IMG/VR virus record: IMGVR_UViG_3300025015_000011 | Coordinates: 64,001 to 128,000 of that record | Origin: a virus | Length of the DNA: 64,000 nucleotides | Direction: 5' to 3' (one strand) | Shown: positions 47,548 to 56,932 of the stretch, in pieces | Position numbering within the stretch: position 1 is the stretch's first letter | How the letters are laid out: each line of letters opens with the position of its first letter | Position numbers and translations under genes: made by a program | The notes under the pieces: model-generated | Database searches by the model: none | The model's input: only the letters and a program-made list of their open reading frames with translations | Told to the model about the DNA's origin: nothing

Positions 47548-47958
47548 GTGAAAATGATATTCCACCCATCAGATATTTGTACATGTGGTCATTCACAAAT
47601 GGTTCATATTGGTCGCTGTTGTGGTAAAAAAGAAGGTAAGGGTTGTAACTGTAAAAAATTTGAATTGAGGCCAGACCCCGAGAAAGGTCCAATTGAGCCT
47701 ATGACATATGATTTCATGTATGAAAAAGTAATCAATAAAGAATATGACACCATACCATCCCCCAGCCAGCAGTTTCGCTCAGATCTCAGAAGTATGCTTG
47801 AACATGAGTCAAGACATTTATTGACAGACGAACAATTTAGTGTAATCTTTGAGAATGTATTTGAGAATGTATGGCCCTTGGGGCATTCCTCTGGATTTAG
47901 CGAAGTACTGAATTATGCTGTTGATTTTATAGAACTAATCAAAGTCTTCAAGGACTGA
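47548..47958 (+). CDS. Hypothetical protein with N-terminal Zn-binding motif
   Basis: CTCGH...H...C...CNC; AAGGAG SD, GTG start. Confidence 0.6.
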   Translation: MKMIFHPSDICTCGHSQMVHIGRCCGKKEGKGCNCKKFELRPDPEKGPIEPMTYDFMYEKVINKEYDTIPSPSQQFRSDLRSMLEHESRHLLTDEQFSVIFENVFENVWPLGHSSGFSEVLNYAVDFIELIKVFKD

Positions 47959-48031
47959 TTATTGAAGAGGAAAAAGGGAAATCCAGCGGTTGCAACTTGG
48001 GTGATTAAAAACAAATAACAGGGGCCTGATT

Positions 48032-48217
48032 ATGAAAACTGCCATTGTTCTCTATCCACAGGATTTAAAGATTCTAAAACTCACAGAAGACCAGATAAAT
48101 GGGAAGTCTTCCTTTGTTTCTGACCTTCTCGATATAGGCTATTTTCATCCAAAGGAATACAAAGTTGTTGCAAAGCGAATAATAGATGGGGCCCTCATTG
48201 TTGAATCTGTGAGGTGA
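48032..48217 (+). CDS. Hypothetical protein
   Basis: 61 aa in early cluster. Confidence 0.45.
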   Translation: MKTAIVLYPQDLKILKLTEDQINGKSSFVSDLLDIGYFHPKEYKVVAKRIIDGALIVESVR

Positions 48218-48237
48218 GATATGTATATATGACCTTA

Positions 48238-48266
48238 TTGACAATAAGAAATATTTGTGATAAAAT
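48238..48266 (+). promoter_or_regulatory. Sigma70-type early promoter
   Basis: TTGACA-N17-TAAAAT with extended TG. Confidence 0.65.
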
Positions 48267-48295
48267 ATCTTTATTAAATTTGAGGAGGTCATTAT

Positions 48296-48496
48296 ATGCT
48301 TAAACTTGTCCTTGAAACCCAATCTGAAACCAAAGAATTTTCAGTCACAGAAGCCCAAAGAGATATAATCAATGACTGCACTAGTGCAGAAGCTGAAATA
48401 AAAGGGGTAAATCTCTTCAAAGAAATCACAGGCAAAAATATCAATTATTTTGTCTGTATAGATAAAGGTAACTGGTTCTTCTGGGAAGGCGAATGA
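48296..48496 (+). CDS. Hypothetical protein
   Basis: SD GAGGAGG. Confidence 0.55.
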   Translation: MLKLVLETQSETKEFSVTEAQRDIINDCTSAEAEIKGVNLFKEITGKNINYFVCIDKGNWFFWEGE

Positions 48497-48735
48497 TGGA
48501 AAGAAAAATATATGAAGTTATATTTCCTGCAAAATATACCAAAAGGGATAAAGTCAATGACCTTCTAAATTCATTCAAACCATTTTTCAAGGTTAATAAA
48601 GAAGAGAAAGAAATACGGATAGAAACACCAAATTCTTACTCCGCGAAAAGTATTCAAGAAGCATTGTCTAGTGCTTCTATCCCTTTTACTGAAATTACAG
48701 TTGATGTTTTTTATATACTTGGAGGTAATATATGA
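48493..48735 (+). CDS. Hypothetical protein
   Basis: ATGA coupling to the previous gene. Confidence 0.5.
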   Translation: MMERKIYEVIFPAKYTKRDKVNDLLNSFKPFFKVNKEEKEIRIETPNSYSAKSIQEALSSASIPFTEITVDVFYILGGNI

Positions 48736-48926
48736 GTGTGAAACCTAAATATATCCATATACCAGCAGTTATTATTGCAGAGGTTGGCCGGATGGATAAT
48801 CGAAAAGAATTAGAAAAAGAACTAGTCAATTGCATGATAGGTGTTGGAATAGTATGTGAAGCTGGGAACATTGGTGTTCATGAAATAAAAATTTTAAGGA
48901 GGTCATATGCTAAAACTAATTGTTGA
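48732..48926 (+). CDS. Hypothetical protein
   Basis: SD GGAGGT. Confidence 0.5.
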   Translation: MSVKPKYIHIPAVIIAEVGRMDNRKELEKELVNCMIGVGIVCEAGNIGVHEIKILRRSYAKTNC

Positions 48927-49138
48927 GCACCCATTTATCATATTGATGGTCTTCTTTGGAGTATGTGTAATAGCAGAAGTTATATTGCAGATAGCAAGGA
49001 TTAAATAGGAAAATTAAATGGTCAGTGAAGTCAAACTAACTAAACTCAGGATATATTGTCCAAATCAGAAAAGAGAAGTCAATATCAAAATGTAAATGTG
49101 GTAAAGCACATATTATAATCCTTTATAGGAGAAAGTAA

Positions 49139-49330
49139 ATGTCTGACATTAAAATTTTAATATTAAATAATGAAGTATCTCTTGACCATGTTTGTTGGGA
49201 TTGTCAAGGGGATGGATATGAAGAAATAACTTCTTCAGATAAAATACCATGTGAAACCTGCTCAGGCAAAGGATATCAATTAACTGCCGCAGGGCGGTCA
49301 ATAATAGACCTGGTAAGAAGGCATGGATAA
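49139..49330 (+). CDS. DnaJ-type zinc-finger small protein
   Basis: CWDCQGDG...CETCSGKG. Confidence 0.65.
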   Translation: MSDIKILILNNEVSLDHVCWDCQGDGYEEITSSDKIPCETCSGKGYQLTAAGRSIIDLVRRHG

Positions 49331-49589
49331 AATTCAAGAAATTGAAAATGATATTATTTTACCCAATCATATAGATGAACAGGGGAATAAGTTCTATATA
49401 GATAAAATTTCAACTGATTATGCAAAATCAAAACGATTGAGTGATGTATATGGTTTGTTTATCAAGAAACCAAATGGTTATATAAGCCGCTGCATTGTTG
49501 ATTATAATGAAATAGTGTTCGAATCTACCAGTCTTGAAGAAATTGGTACTTATATTGATATGATTGCATTATCAAAAAAGTTTGAATAG
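49323..49589 (+). CDS. Hypothetical protein
   Basis: 88 aa. Confidence 0.5.
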   Translation: MDKIQEIENDIILPNHIDEQGNKFYIDKISTDYAKSKRLSDVYGLFIKKPNGYISRCIVDYNEIVFESTSLEEIGTYIDMIALSKKFE

Positions 49590-49597
49590 GAGAAGAA

Positions 49598-49759
49598 ATG
49601 ACCATAATCTGCAGTTCTTGCGAGAAAGAAGCGCATGATGTTAACCTTGGGGACTCTTTAGAAGGTTGGTCTATGTACTTAGGCCATGTTAGGTGCCCTG
49701 ATTGCACAATCAAATATTTACTTGAACGAGGGTTTACTGTAAATGAGTATGGTCATTGA
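49598..49759 (+). CDS. Small zinc-finger protein (53 aa, not in track)
   Basis: SD AGGAG; MTIICSSC...RCPDC. Confidence 0.55.
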   Translation: MTIICSSCEKEAHDVNLGDSLEGWSMYLGHVRCPDCTIKYLLERGFTVNEYGH

Positions 49760-50408
49760 TACTAACTACCAACTATTCCTTAAAGAGATAAATAAATATC
49801 CAATCCTCTCAGCAAATGAAGAATTTACTGTAGCTAAGAGATATTATGAACATAAGAAAGAGGAAGATGCTTATATCCTTGTTACTTCCAATCTTCGTTA
49901 TGTTTTAAGAATAGCTCTTGAATTTAGAGATTATGGATTTAACATTCAAGACCTTTTTCAAGAAGGTTGTATAGGTTTAATGAAAGCTATAAAGAAATTC
50001 AATCCTTTAAAGGGATTTAAACTCATTACATATGCTACTTGGTGGATTAAAGCTCAGATTCAATCCTTTATTCAGAAAAATAAATCCATTGTTAGTAGAA
50101 GTGATAAAGCTCTAAGAAGACAGTTATTTTATAAAGGGAATAATGAAGATAAGAGTATTGTAGTAGAATTTGATGATACATTTATGCTTGAAGCAGATAG
50201 TGAAATATCACCTGATACTAAACATATCAATGGATTACTTTTAAATCTCAATGACAAGGAAAGATTCCTTGTCGAGAAAAGGATAATGACAGATGAACCA
50301 ATGACCTATAAAGAAATAGGTGAAAGATTGAATATATCTAAACAGAGAGCAAATCAGATTGAGAAAGAAGCTTTAGAGAAATTAAGGAGGAAGTACATTG
50401 AAGAATGA
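49743..50408 (+). CDS. RNA polymerase sigma factor, RpoH/sigma32-like, shortened
   Basis: LVTSNLRYV, DLFQEGCIGLMKAIKKFNP..GFKLITYATWWIKA; region 4 TYKEIGERLNISKQRANQIE. Confidence 0.88.
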   Translation: MSMVIDTNYQLFLKEINKYPILSANEEFTVAKRYYEHKKEEDAYILVTSNLRYVLRIALEFRDYGFNIQDLFQEGCIGLMKAIKKFNPLKGFKLITYATWWIKAQIQSFIQKNKSIVSRSDKALRRQLFYKGNNEDKSIVVEFDDTFMLEADSEISPDTKHINGLLLNLNDKERFLVEKRIMTDEPMTYKEIGERLNISKQRANQIEKEALEKLRRKYIEE

Positions 50409-50625
50409 AAAGAAAATAACAAGAGAAGAGTTTAAAACACTTCTTAAAGAACTGAATCCTGCTCTTGCCACTTATTGGAGTGCTGGACTTGACCTACCAA
50501 GAGCCACATGGGATACTGCTGCATATTGTTTTATACATAAAATTAATCATAAAGGAACAAAAGAAGTAAGAAGACAACTGTTAGAACTAAATAAAAAGGG
50601 ATTATTTGATTTTAAAGATGAGTGA
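50398..50625 (+). CDS. Hypothetical protein
   Basis: 75 aa. Confidence 0.45.
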   Translation: MKNEKKITREEFKTLLKELNPALATYWSAGLDLPRATWDTAAYCFIHKINHKGTKEVRRQLLELNKKGLFDFKDE

Positions 50626-50962
50626 GAAATCTAATTATCTTACATATCGAGGAAAATGTAAAGAGCTTAGTGAAATAGCGGTAACTAATGACCCATCATT
50701 GAAACTAATAAGAGGGCATTATTATTGCCCATTATGGAATAGAAATGAACCACATTGGTGGACAGAGAGACCAGATGGTACAATTTTTGACCCTTCTAGC
50801 CTTCAGTTCCCATCAAATGGTTCAGGTATATACACTCCATTTAATGGAACAGTAGAATGTTCAGAATGCGGAAAGAAAATATTAGAAAATGAGGCTCAGT
50901 TTGCAGGTAACTATGCTCTGTGTTCTTATGAGTGTTATGGTAGATTAGTCGGTATTATATAA
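50606..50962 (+). CDS. Hypothetical protein with C-terminal zinc finger
   Basis: YRGKC, HWW...DP, CSECG...CSYEC. Confidence 0.55.
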   Translation: MILKMSEKSNYLTYRGKCKELSEIAVTNDPSLKLIRGHYYCPLWNRNEPHWWTERPDGTIFDPSSLQFPSNGSGIYTPFNGTVECSECGKKILENEAQFAGNYALCSYECYGRLVGII

Positions 50963-50979
50963 TAAAGGAGAATAATATA

Positions 50980-51111
50980 ATGGAAGAAACAGTCACAATT
51001 TCGAAGAAGGAATATGAGAAGTTATTAAAGGATAGCAGATTTCTTCAAGCTCTAGAAGCTGCTGGTGTTGATAACTGGGAAGGTTATGAATTTGCTTTTG
51101 AATCTGATTAG
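50980..51111 (+). CDS. Small acidic protein of the GVDNWxGY family (often annotated host RecBCD inhibitor)
   Basis: SD AAGGAG; MEETVTISKKEYEKLLKDSRFLQALEAAGVDNWEGYEFAFESD; not in track. Confidence 0.6.
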   Translation: MEETVTISKKEYEKLLKDSRFLQALEAAGVDNWEGYEFAFESD

Positions 51112-52751
51112 ATAGTAATAGATATCCTCATCTCATATCTATTACTACCACAATCATATATCTTTCTAACTCCACATTTCTCAGTTAATTCCTTTTCAGA
51201 CAAACCATCTTGAGCTCTATATTTAAATCTACCTTCCCTGATTGTTCCGCCAGTATAAAAATAGTTAGGTTTGGTACTACCTATAAATTCAAAGCCATTA
51301 GTTGAATATACTAATCCCTCACCAAATCTTAAATCTGCATATGTTAATAAAGATTTAAATCCTTCTTTTTTACTCCACTCTAAAGCATATTTAAGTAACT
51401 TTGAAAATCCCCCAACTACAGAAGTATTTAATTTGGAACAGAACCTAGCAATCTCTATAACCCTTGATTTACCTTTAGTAAATGGTTTCCTGAGAGTTAA
51501 AGTAGAAACAGTTTCATTCTCATCATTTACAAGAGAAAATGATTTAAGATAATTAGTATGCCCTGATATATGATTTGTATCTGTGAATTCTTTAACCTTT
51601 AGATCTTCTACTACTTTTAATTTTCTGGCAAATAATTTAGTTGGTGTAATACCCATTGAATTAATAATCATAGATTTGATTATTTCAGGTTTGAATTTCC
51701 ATTCATCTTCAAATATTTGAATTAATTTTATTCCCCTTTCTTTTGCTAACAAATATTTATTAAGATGATAATTTTCATCATTGAAACTATGCCAGTATAG
51801 GCCATGATATTCTATGCCTAATTTTAATTCTGGTATGTAAATATCTAATTCAAGTGGAGAAATAATCTTCTTAGTATTACTTAATACTTCTCCAGTATAA
51901 ACACTTTGAACAAATTCTAATACTTCTTTCTCAGCTCGTGATATATTTCCACTTTGACATTTAGGGCAGAGATGGTTAGTTGTCCCTAACATATTAACGA
52001 ATTGAGAAATACAAACATTAGTGAGAGTACCATGTTTTAAACATTTTAACGGATACACTTCCAGTAACTGATTTATTCTTCCAAGTTCTTTTCTTTGTTG
52101 TGTTCTCAAATCACAAAATTCTTGCTCTGAAAGTAATAGCCCATATTCATTCTTTTCTTGTAGATATTCAATTATACGAGTATAGTATTCTTTATCCCCT
52201 TTAAGTATCTTATCAGGACATTGTCCAAAATTTTTGATGGTCATATTCCATTTTTTACTTAAAGTGAGAAGACCTTTCTCATGTATCCTTGCTTTTTCTT
52301 CAGGTGTTCTATTCGCATGAATATCTTTGAATTTATTTCTTACTTCAATAGTCTGAGATGTATAATCAACATTATATTTTTCTTTTACTGTTTTATGATA
52401 AGTTTTCTGTGCTTTCTCTCTTGAACCAGGAACTTGACTGGGATTAGTCACTTCATATTTTTCAAGTAAAGTTTTCTCCATACTTTTCATTCTTTTAGAA
52501 ATAATACCAGGGTCATTAGTAGCACATTTTTCACTGCAGTATTTTCTGAATCCATGTACTATATTTTCAAAAGTAGTATCTTTACCACATAAACATTTAC
52601 CTGCGGTAGAATCAATATAAAGTTTATAATAGTCTCCAACTGAATTGATATTTGGATGGACCTTCTTGAGATGTGATTTAAAATTGTAAACTTCTTTTTG
52701 GCAAATTTGACAAAAAGAATAAGGTCTGCTGTGAGGTGTTTTACTTGACAT
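51108..52751 (-). mobile_element. Free-standing Hef-like homing endonuclease
   Basis: Zn fingers, EKYEVTNPSQ repeats, LELDIYIPELKLGIEYHGLYWHS, LIQIFEDEW; C-terminal EIARFC...YADLRFG. Confidence 0.85.
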
Positions 52752-52850
52752 TATTAACTCCTATATAAATATTTTTAAGGGAAGACAGCCTGATTGAACT
52801 CCTCAGGTTTCCATTTAATTAGAGGTTAAATGGATTATTCCCTATACAAA

Positions 52851-52858
52851 TATTTATA
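52851..52858 (-). promoter_or_regulatory. Late promoter TATAAATA for the endonuclease gene
   Basis: Exact consensus ~100 nt upstream of the ATG. Confidence 0.6.
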
Positions 52859-52907
52859 TCCACTTCCATTAAAATCTCATTAATTTTCCATTAAAATTTT
52901 AGATAGT

Positions 52908-52941
52908 GAAACAGCCAAGATTTTTAGGTCTTGGCTGTTTC
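52908..52941 (-). terminator. Stem-loop terminator after gp23
   Basis: 13-bp inverted repeat gaaacagccaaga / tcttggctgtttc. Confidence 0.7.
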
Positions 52942-52970
52942 TTTATGGCTAATTTACTTTATATTATCTA

Positions 52971-54146
52971 TTAAAATATACCTGTGAAATCAACATTTAC
53001 TTGGCGGAAATAATTAGCTGCGCCGAATAAATTGTCAGTGATAGCATATCTGCTCATTATACCAACGACTGGGTAGAAGCTTTGGACTTCCATAGTCTTG
53101 GAAATTACAACTGGAACATAAGGGCTGTATATAATACCAGCATCAGCAGCTCCAGGCCCTTTGTAACCAACCAAGGCATAATCTGAAGTTGCAAATGTAT
53201 CCCTATAAACATCAAACCTACCTTCAATGCTACCAACCTTTGCTATACCAGGAGCTAACTCCATTGGTGAGCTATTGGTAGGTGAAAGCAAGAAGTTGCC
53301 TATGGCATCAAGAGCTGTTACAACATTTGAAGAAGCTATGATGAAGTTACCAGGGCCTCTCCTAGATGTAATAGCTATTTGGTTTGCTTCCTTTACTAAC
53401 CTTGTGTAGAGAGTTCTGAACTTCTCCTGCTCCCACTGACCATCGCTGGAATTGACAACATAAGTTGAAAGGTTGCCATTACCAACTGTGCAAAGGCCCT
53501 TCATCTTATTGACAAGTTCCCTGTCGATCTCAGCAGAGATTTCATACTGAAGCATGGTGATAAGCTCAGATTCAATATCAACACCGTGCATGTTCTTGAG
53601 GTCCTGTGCAGACTCAAGTGACCACCTGCTCTTTAACTTCCTGGTCTTGGCTGTAACTGTGGTTGACTCAATTGACAGACCTGCTTCAAGAATTTCAGCA
53701 GTAGCTGTTGGGTCAACAGAGCTTAAACGCTCACCAGCTGAGGTTGCAACACCACCAGCACCAGAAGCTGGGTTGGCTGTAGCATCACCAGAATAACCCT
53801 GAACAACTGAGTTATAACCGATTTCAGTACCATCAGAAGCACCACTCTTATACTTAAACCTTAAAGCATATGCAAGACCAACAGGGCCAGTCATAGGCTG
53901 AACTGAAACAAGGTTGTTAGCTATAAGATTTGGGAAAATCCTACGAGTTAAAGGCATTACTATTTTCTTGAAATCAGCTACGTCAGTTGAAAGAGTGGAA
54001 CCAGCTTCAGTTATATACCTGGCTTCATTCTCTAATAGCATAGCAGTATTCCTTGCAACATTCACATCGGATATCTCAGAGATTTTAAACCCCTTCTTAT
54101 CCCATTTCTCGACCAGTTGATCGAGCTCCGGTTTCCTAAGATTCAT
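52971..54146 (-). CDS. gp23: Major capsid protein gp23
   Basis: VQPMTGPVGL, AKTRKLK, AQDLKNMHG, EIDRE, YSPYVP, SRYA. Confidence 0.97.
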   Translation of the reverse strand: MNLRKPELDQLVEKWDKKGFKISEISDVNVARNTAMLLENEARYITEAGSTLSTDVADFKKIVMPLTRRIFPNLIANNLVSVQPMTGPVGLAYALRFKYKSGASDGTEIGYNSVVQGYSGDATANPASGAGGVATSAGERLSSVDPTATAEILEAGLSIESTTVTAKTRKLKSRWSLESAQDLKNMHGVDIESELITMLQYEISAEIDRELVNKMKGLCTVGNGNLSTYVVNSSDGQWEQEKFRTLYTRLVKEANQIAITSRRGPGNFIIASSNVVTALDAIGNFLLSPTNSSPMELAPGIAKVGSIEGRFDVYRDTFATSDYALVGYKGPGAADAGIIYSPYVPVVISKTMEVQSFYPVVGIMSRYAITDNLFGAANYFRQVNVDFTGIF

Positions 54147-54181
54147 TTTATTTCTTTATCCTCCTAATTCTTTATTATAAG

Positions 54182-54189
54182 TATTTATA
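54182..54189 (-). promoter_or_regulatory. Late promoter TATAAATA
   Basis: Upstream of gp23; near-identical context (tataagtatttata) upstream of gp22. Confidence 0.75.
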
Positions 54190-54209
54190 GTTCTTGACTT
54201 TTTAAGAAA

Positions 54210-55007
54210 TTAAACTAATCTTGCCCATTCTTTTTCAAGTTCATCAGTTATGTGACCTGAACCAGTTGGGGAATAATCTTCTACAATTTGCTTCTTCTTT
54301 ATAGAAACAACCTTATCAGACTTCTTAGGTTCAACTACTTCATCTTCAGTAAGAACAAGTTCCCTGACTGACTTAAATCTCTTCTCGATATCTTCATAAG
54401 AAGCACCTTCAAAGATTTTGGTAACTTTCTTCTTCTGGTCAAGTGTTAAGCCATTGCACTTCTCATTTAAGAGATACTTACCAAGAAGCTGTTCAGTCTT
54501 TGCTTCAAGAGCCATTTTCTCTGCTACTGCTTCATCCAGTTTCTTCCTGGAAGAAACAATTTCATTCCTGGCATCCTTGAGGAGACCAAAACCCTTATCA
54601 TCTATCTTAAGACCTTTCTCATTGAAAGTCCTCTTGATGGATTCAACTAAGGGCTCATACACTTCTAGTTTGGCTTGGGCTTCAACTAAGTGCTGAGGAA
54701 TGGCTTTGTTGATTGCAAAATCAAGATACTTGGATAGTTTGTCAACCATCTTCTCTTCAAACAGTTTAACCTGCTTGGCAACTTCAGTCTTCTTAGTAGT
54801 CCTAAGAGCTTTTATTTCCTCAGCAGCTTCCTTGAGAATACCCTTTAGTTCATCAACCTGAGCTTTAACAGAAGTTACTTCTGAACTTACTTCAGAAGTC
54901 TTCTCTGTTACTGCTATGTTGAATGACTCAGTAATAGTATTCTTAAGGTCTTCATTTAACACGACTTTATTCTTTTCAAGAAATTTAATCATTTTAGAAA
55001 CAGACAC
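54210..55007 (-). CDS. gp22: Prohead scaffold gp22-like
   Basis: Coiled coil, KLSKYLD, GLTLDQKKKV; between gp21 and gp23. Confidence 0.8.
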   Translation of the reverse strand: MSVSKMIKFLEKNKVVLNEDLKNTITESFNIAVTEKTSEVSSEVTSVKAQVDELKGILKEAAEEIKALRTTKKTEVAKQVKLFEEKMVDKLSKYLDFAINKAIPQHLVEAQAKLEVYEPLVESIKRTFNEKGLKIDDKGFGLLKDARNEIVSSRKKLDEAVAEKMALEAKTEQLLGKYLLNEKCNGLTLDQKKKVTKIFEGASYEDIEKRFKSVRELVLTEDEVVEPKKSDKVVSIKKKQIVEDYSPTGSGHITDELEKEWARLV

Positions 55008-55039
55008 TATTTGTTTCCTCCTCTCATTTGTATTATAAG

Positions 55040-55047
55040 TATTTATA
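55040..55047 (-). promoter_or_regulatory. Late promoter TATAAATA
   Basis: Upstream of gp22. Confidence 0.7.
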
Positions 55048-55065
55048 AAAGTTAACTTTTTAAGA

Positions 55066-55383
55066 TTATGCTTTTTCTATCATTCTTCTTATTGCTGCCA
55101 TTGAACCAGGCTGGTTGGTATCTTCCATGAATTTTCTAATCCAAGGAATAAAATATGACTTGAGCTGACCTTCAGCAGGATTTCCCCCATATATATCCAT
55201 TTTTGAAAGTTGTCTTGCTAAATTTATAGCTTCCCAGAGGTGATTTTCTATTTCTTCAATCATTTCTATAGCATCATCAACTGGTCCATTCCTGGCTTCA
55301 TCCAGATTACCAGCTATTGATTCTAGCTCTTCAAAGTCTTCCTTTACCAGAATTCTGCCCAATCTCTTTAAAATGTCACTCAC
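55066..55383 (-). CDS. Putative prohead core/internal protein
   Basis: Acidic helical protein in head operon. Confidence 0.5.
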   Translation of the reverse strand: MSDILKRLGRILVKEDFEELESIAGNLDEARNGPVDDAIEMIEEIENHLWEAINLARQLSKMDIYGGNPAEGQLKSYFIPWIRKFMEDTNQPGSMAAIRRMIEKA

Positions 55384-55694
55384 TTGTTCATCCCCTTTCC
55401 TAATTTAGTTATTAACTTTCTCAATTGGTATTTATGAGATCTTTCATCTTCTCTAATCTCTTCTAAAACTTTGACAATCTCAGACCAGAATTCTTTTGTT
55501 ATCCTACCATTATTAAACATTTTATCTATTTGTTTAATAGAATCAGTATAAGAATATTCAGCAGTATCTTCTTCAGCCATTAGCTTATTTAAGACTAGGT
55601 CTAATCTACGTAAGCTTCTATCATCTGGATGAGATACCTCTTGCTCAATTGGAGTTTCTTCTAAGAAGTTATTTAGTTCGTTTAAGATATCCAT
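55380..55694 (-). CDS. Half-ferritin-like head-associated protein
   Basis: LMAEEDTAEYSY...VLEEIREDERSH (ExxH). Confidence 0.5.
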   Translation of the reverse strand: MDILNELNNFLEETPIEQEVSHPDDRSLRRLDLVLNKLMAEEDTAEYSYTDSIKQIDKMFNNGRITKEFWSEIVKVLEEIREDERSHKYQLRKLITKLGKGMNK

Positions 55695-55972
55695 TATTTT
55701 TTATCCCACCCTAAAATTTTAACCTTAACAGAATATTCATCTCCTGTGGCAATTGAAATAATATCATCACCTAAATCTCTTACTAGTGCTCTACCTTTCA
55801 TTGTTTGTATAAGAGCCTTTTTAGCATCTTGTACATCATCACCCTCTTCAATTGGCTCAATATCTACATCAAATTCATCAGGAACTTCCGATGTTCCTAC
55901 TCCTGAATCTAATGATGGAAGAGTAGCAAGGTCTTCATTTAGAATTTTATCTATTCTATCTATTAATTTCAC
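55694..55972 (-). CDS. Putative prohead core/internal protein
   Basis: MKLIDRIDKILNE, acidic. Confidence 0.5.
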   Translation of the reverse strand: MKLIDRIDKILNEDLATLPSLDSGVGTSEVPDEFDVDIEPIEEGDDVQDAKKALIQTMKGRALVRDLGDDIISIATGDEYSVKVKILGWDKK

Positions 55973-56649
55973 TTACTTTTAATCTCCTTAATGAATTCTT
56001 GTATAGCTTCAATTAAATATAACTGAGCATTATCTTTTGGAATCTTTTTAAATCTCTTCTCTAGACCTTTGACTGGAGCTTCAAAGACTTCTCCCTTTTC
56101 ATTCATCAACCATTTTCTGTTCTCATATAAGGCTTCCATAAATGCGCCTGGGGCACTTGGGTCTGCAACTATATCCACAGTTATAAGTTTAAAGTCTTCT
56201 GAAACCTCTCCATCTTCTGCTACATCACCCAAGCCTCTTGAAGAAACTCCAAGTTGATAACCATCTTTGACGAGAGTCTGAGCAACAAGACCCATCGGTG
56301 TATTAGCTAACTTGGCTTTACCATAAAACACATCACCTTCACATCTAAGTTCTTTTATATAGTGAGATATCCTATCAAGATTGACAGTTGGTGATTCTGG
56401 ATGGTTAAGCTCTCCGCCAGCTCTGTTATTCTTTATCTTATCTGAGGTAAAGGACTGAACTTCCCTTTCAATTACATTCTTCTTATAGACCCTGCCATTC
56501 TTATTTCTTTGTTCTGAAACCATGAATGGTCCTGCGAGATAAATAGATTTAGATTGTGCCCCAGTCCCATCAGATTCCATTATAGTTTCAGCTTTTAATA
56601 GCTTAGGGTCCATTATCTCAGACAGAAGTCTGAGAGGCTTAGATATCAT
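55969..56649 (-). CDS. gp21: Prohead protease gp21
   Basis: NKNGRVY, GELNHP, TPMG, GVSSRGLG, DIVADPSAPGA. Confidence 0.95.
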   Translation of the reverse strand: MISKPLRLLSEIMDPKLLKAETIMESDGTGAQSKSIYLAGPFMVSEQRNKNGRVYKKNVIEREVQSFTSDKIKNNRAGGELNHPESPTVNLDRISHYIKELRCEGDVFYGKAKLANTPMGLVAQTLVKDGYQLGVSSRGLGDVAEDGEVSEDFKLITVDIVADPSAPGAFMEALYENRKWLMNEKGEVFEAPVKGLEKRFKKIPKDNAQLYLIEAIQEFIKEIKSK

Positions 56650-56675
56650 AAATTCTCCTTGATAAACCTTTTAAA

Positions 56676-56683
56676 TATTTATA
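56676..56683 (-). promoter_or_regulatory. Late promoter TATAAATA
   Basis: Upstream of gp21. Confidence 0.65.
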
Positions 56684-56687
56684 CAAC

Positions 56688-56858
56688 TTACTTTTTTAAG
56701 GGCTGGGTAGGGAATTTCTCAGCCTTGACAGTTTCGAGCTTCTTTCTGAGCTTACCCTTTACAACCTGTTCTAATACATCATTAGCATCTGAGAACTTAC
56801 CTTCAGATATACTACCATATACTTTTGTTAGCAATTCACGTGTTTTAACTTTAGCCAT
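56688..56858 (-). CDS. Small prohead core protein (gp67-like position, 56 aa; not in track)
   Basis: SD AGGAG; MAKVKTRELLTKVYGSISEGKFSDANDVLEQVVKGKL. Confidence 0.55.
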   Translation of the reverse strand: MAKVKTRELLTKVYGSISEGKFSDANDVLEQVVKGKLRKKLETVKAEKFPTQPLKK

Positions 56859-56932
56859 TTTGTGATTCTCCTGTTATAGTTTATTAAAAATATTTATGTT
56901 AGATGTTGACGTTGTTACTGTCCTCACCTTTA

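Noticed and set aside
52764-52771. Plus-strand TATAAATA near the endonuclease start
   Set aside because: Points antisense toward gp23 with no gene to drive; plausible by chance in AT-rich DNA.
52778-52843. Hammerhead ribozyme (CUGAGGA and GAAA on the minus strand)
   Set aside because: Core elements are nearly adjacent in an order and spacing incompatible with hammerhead stems.
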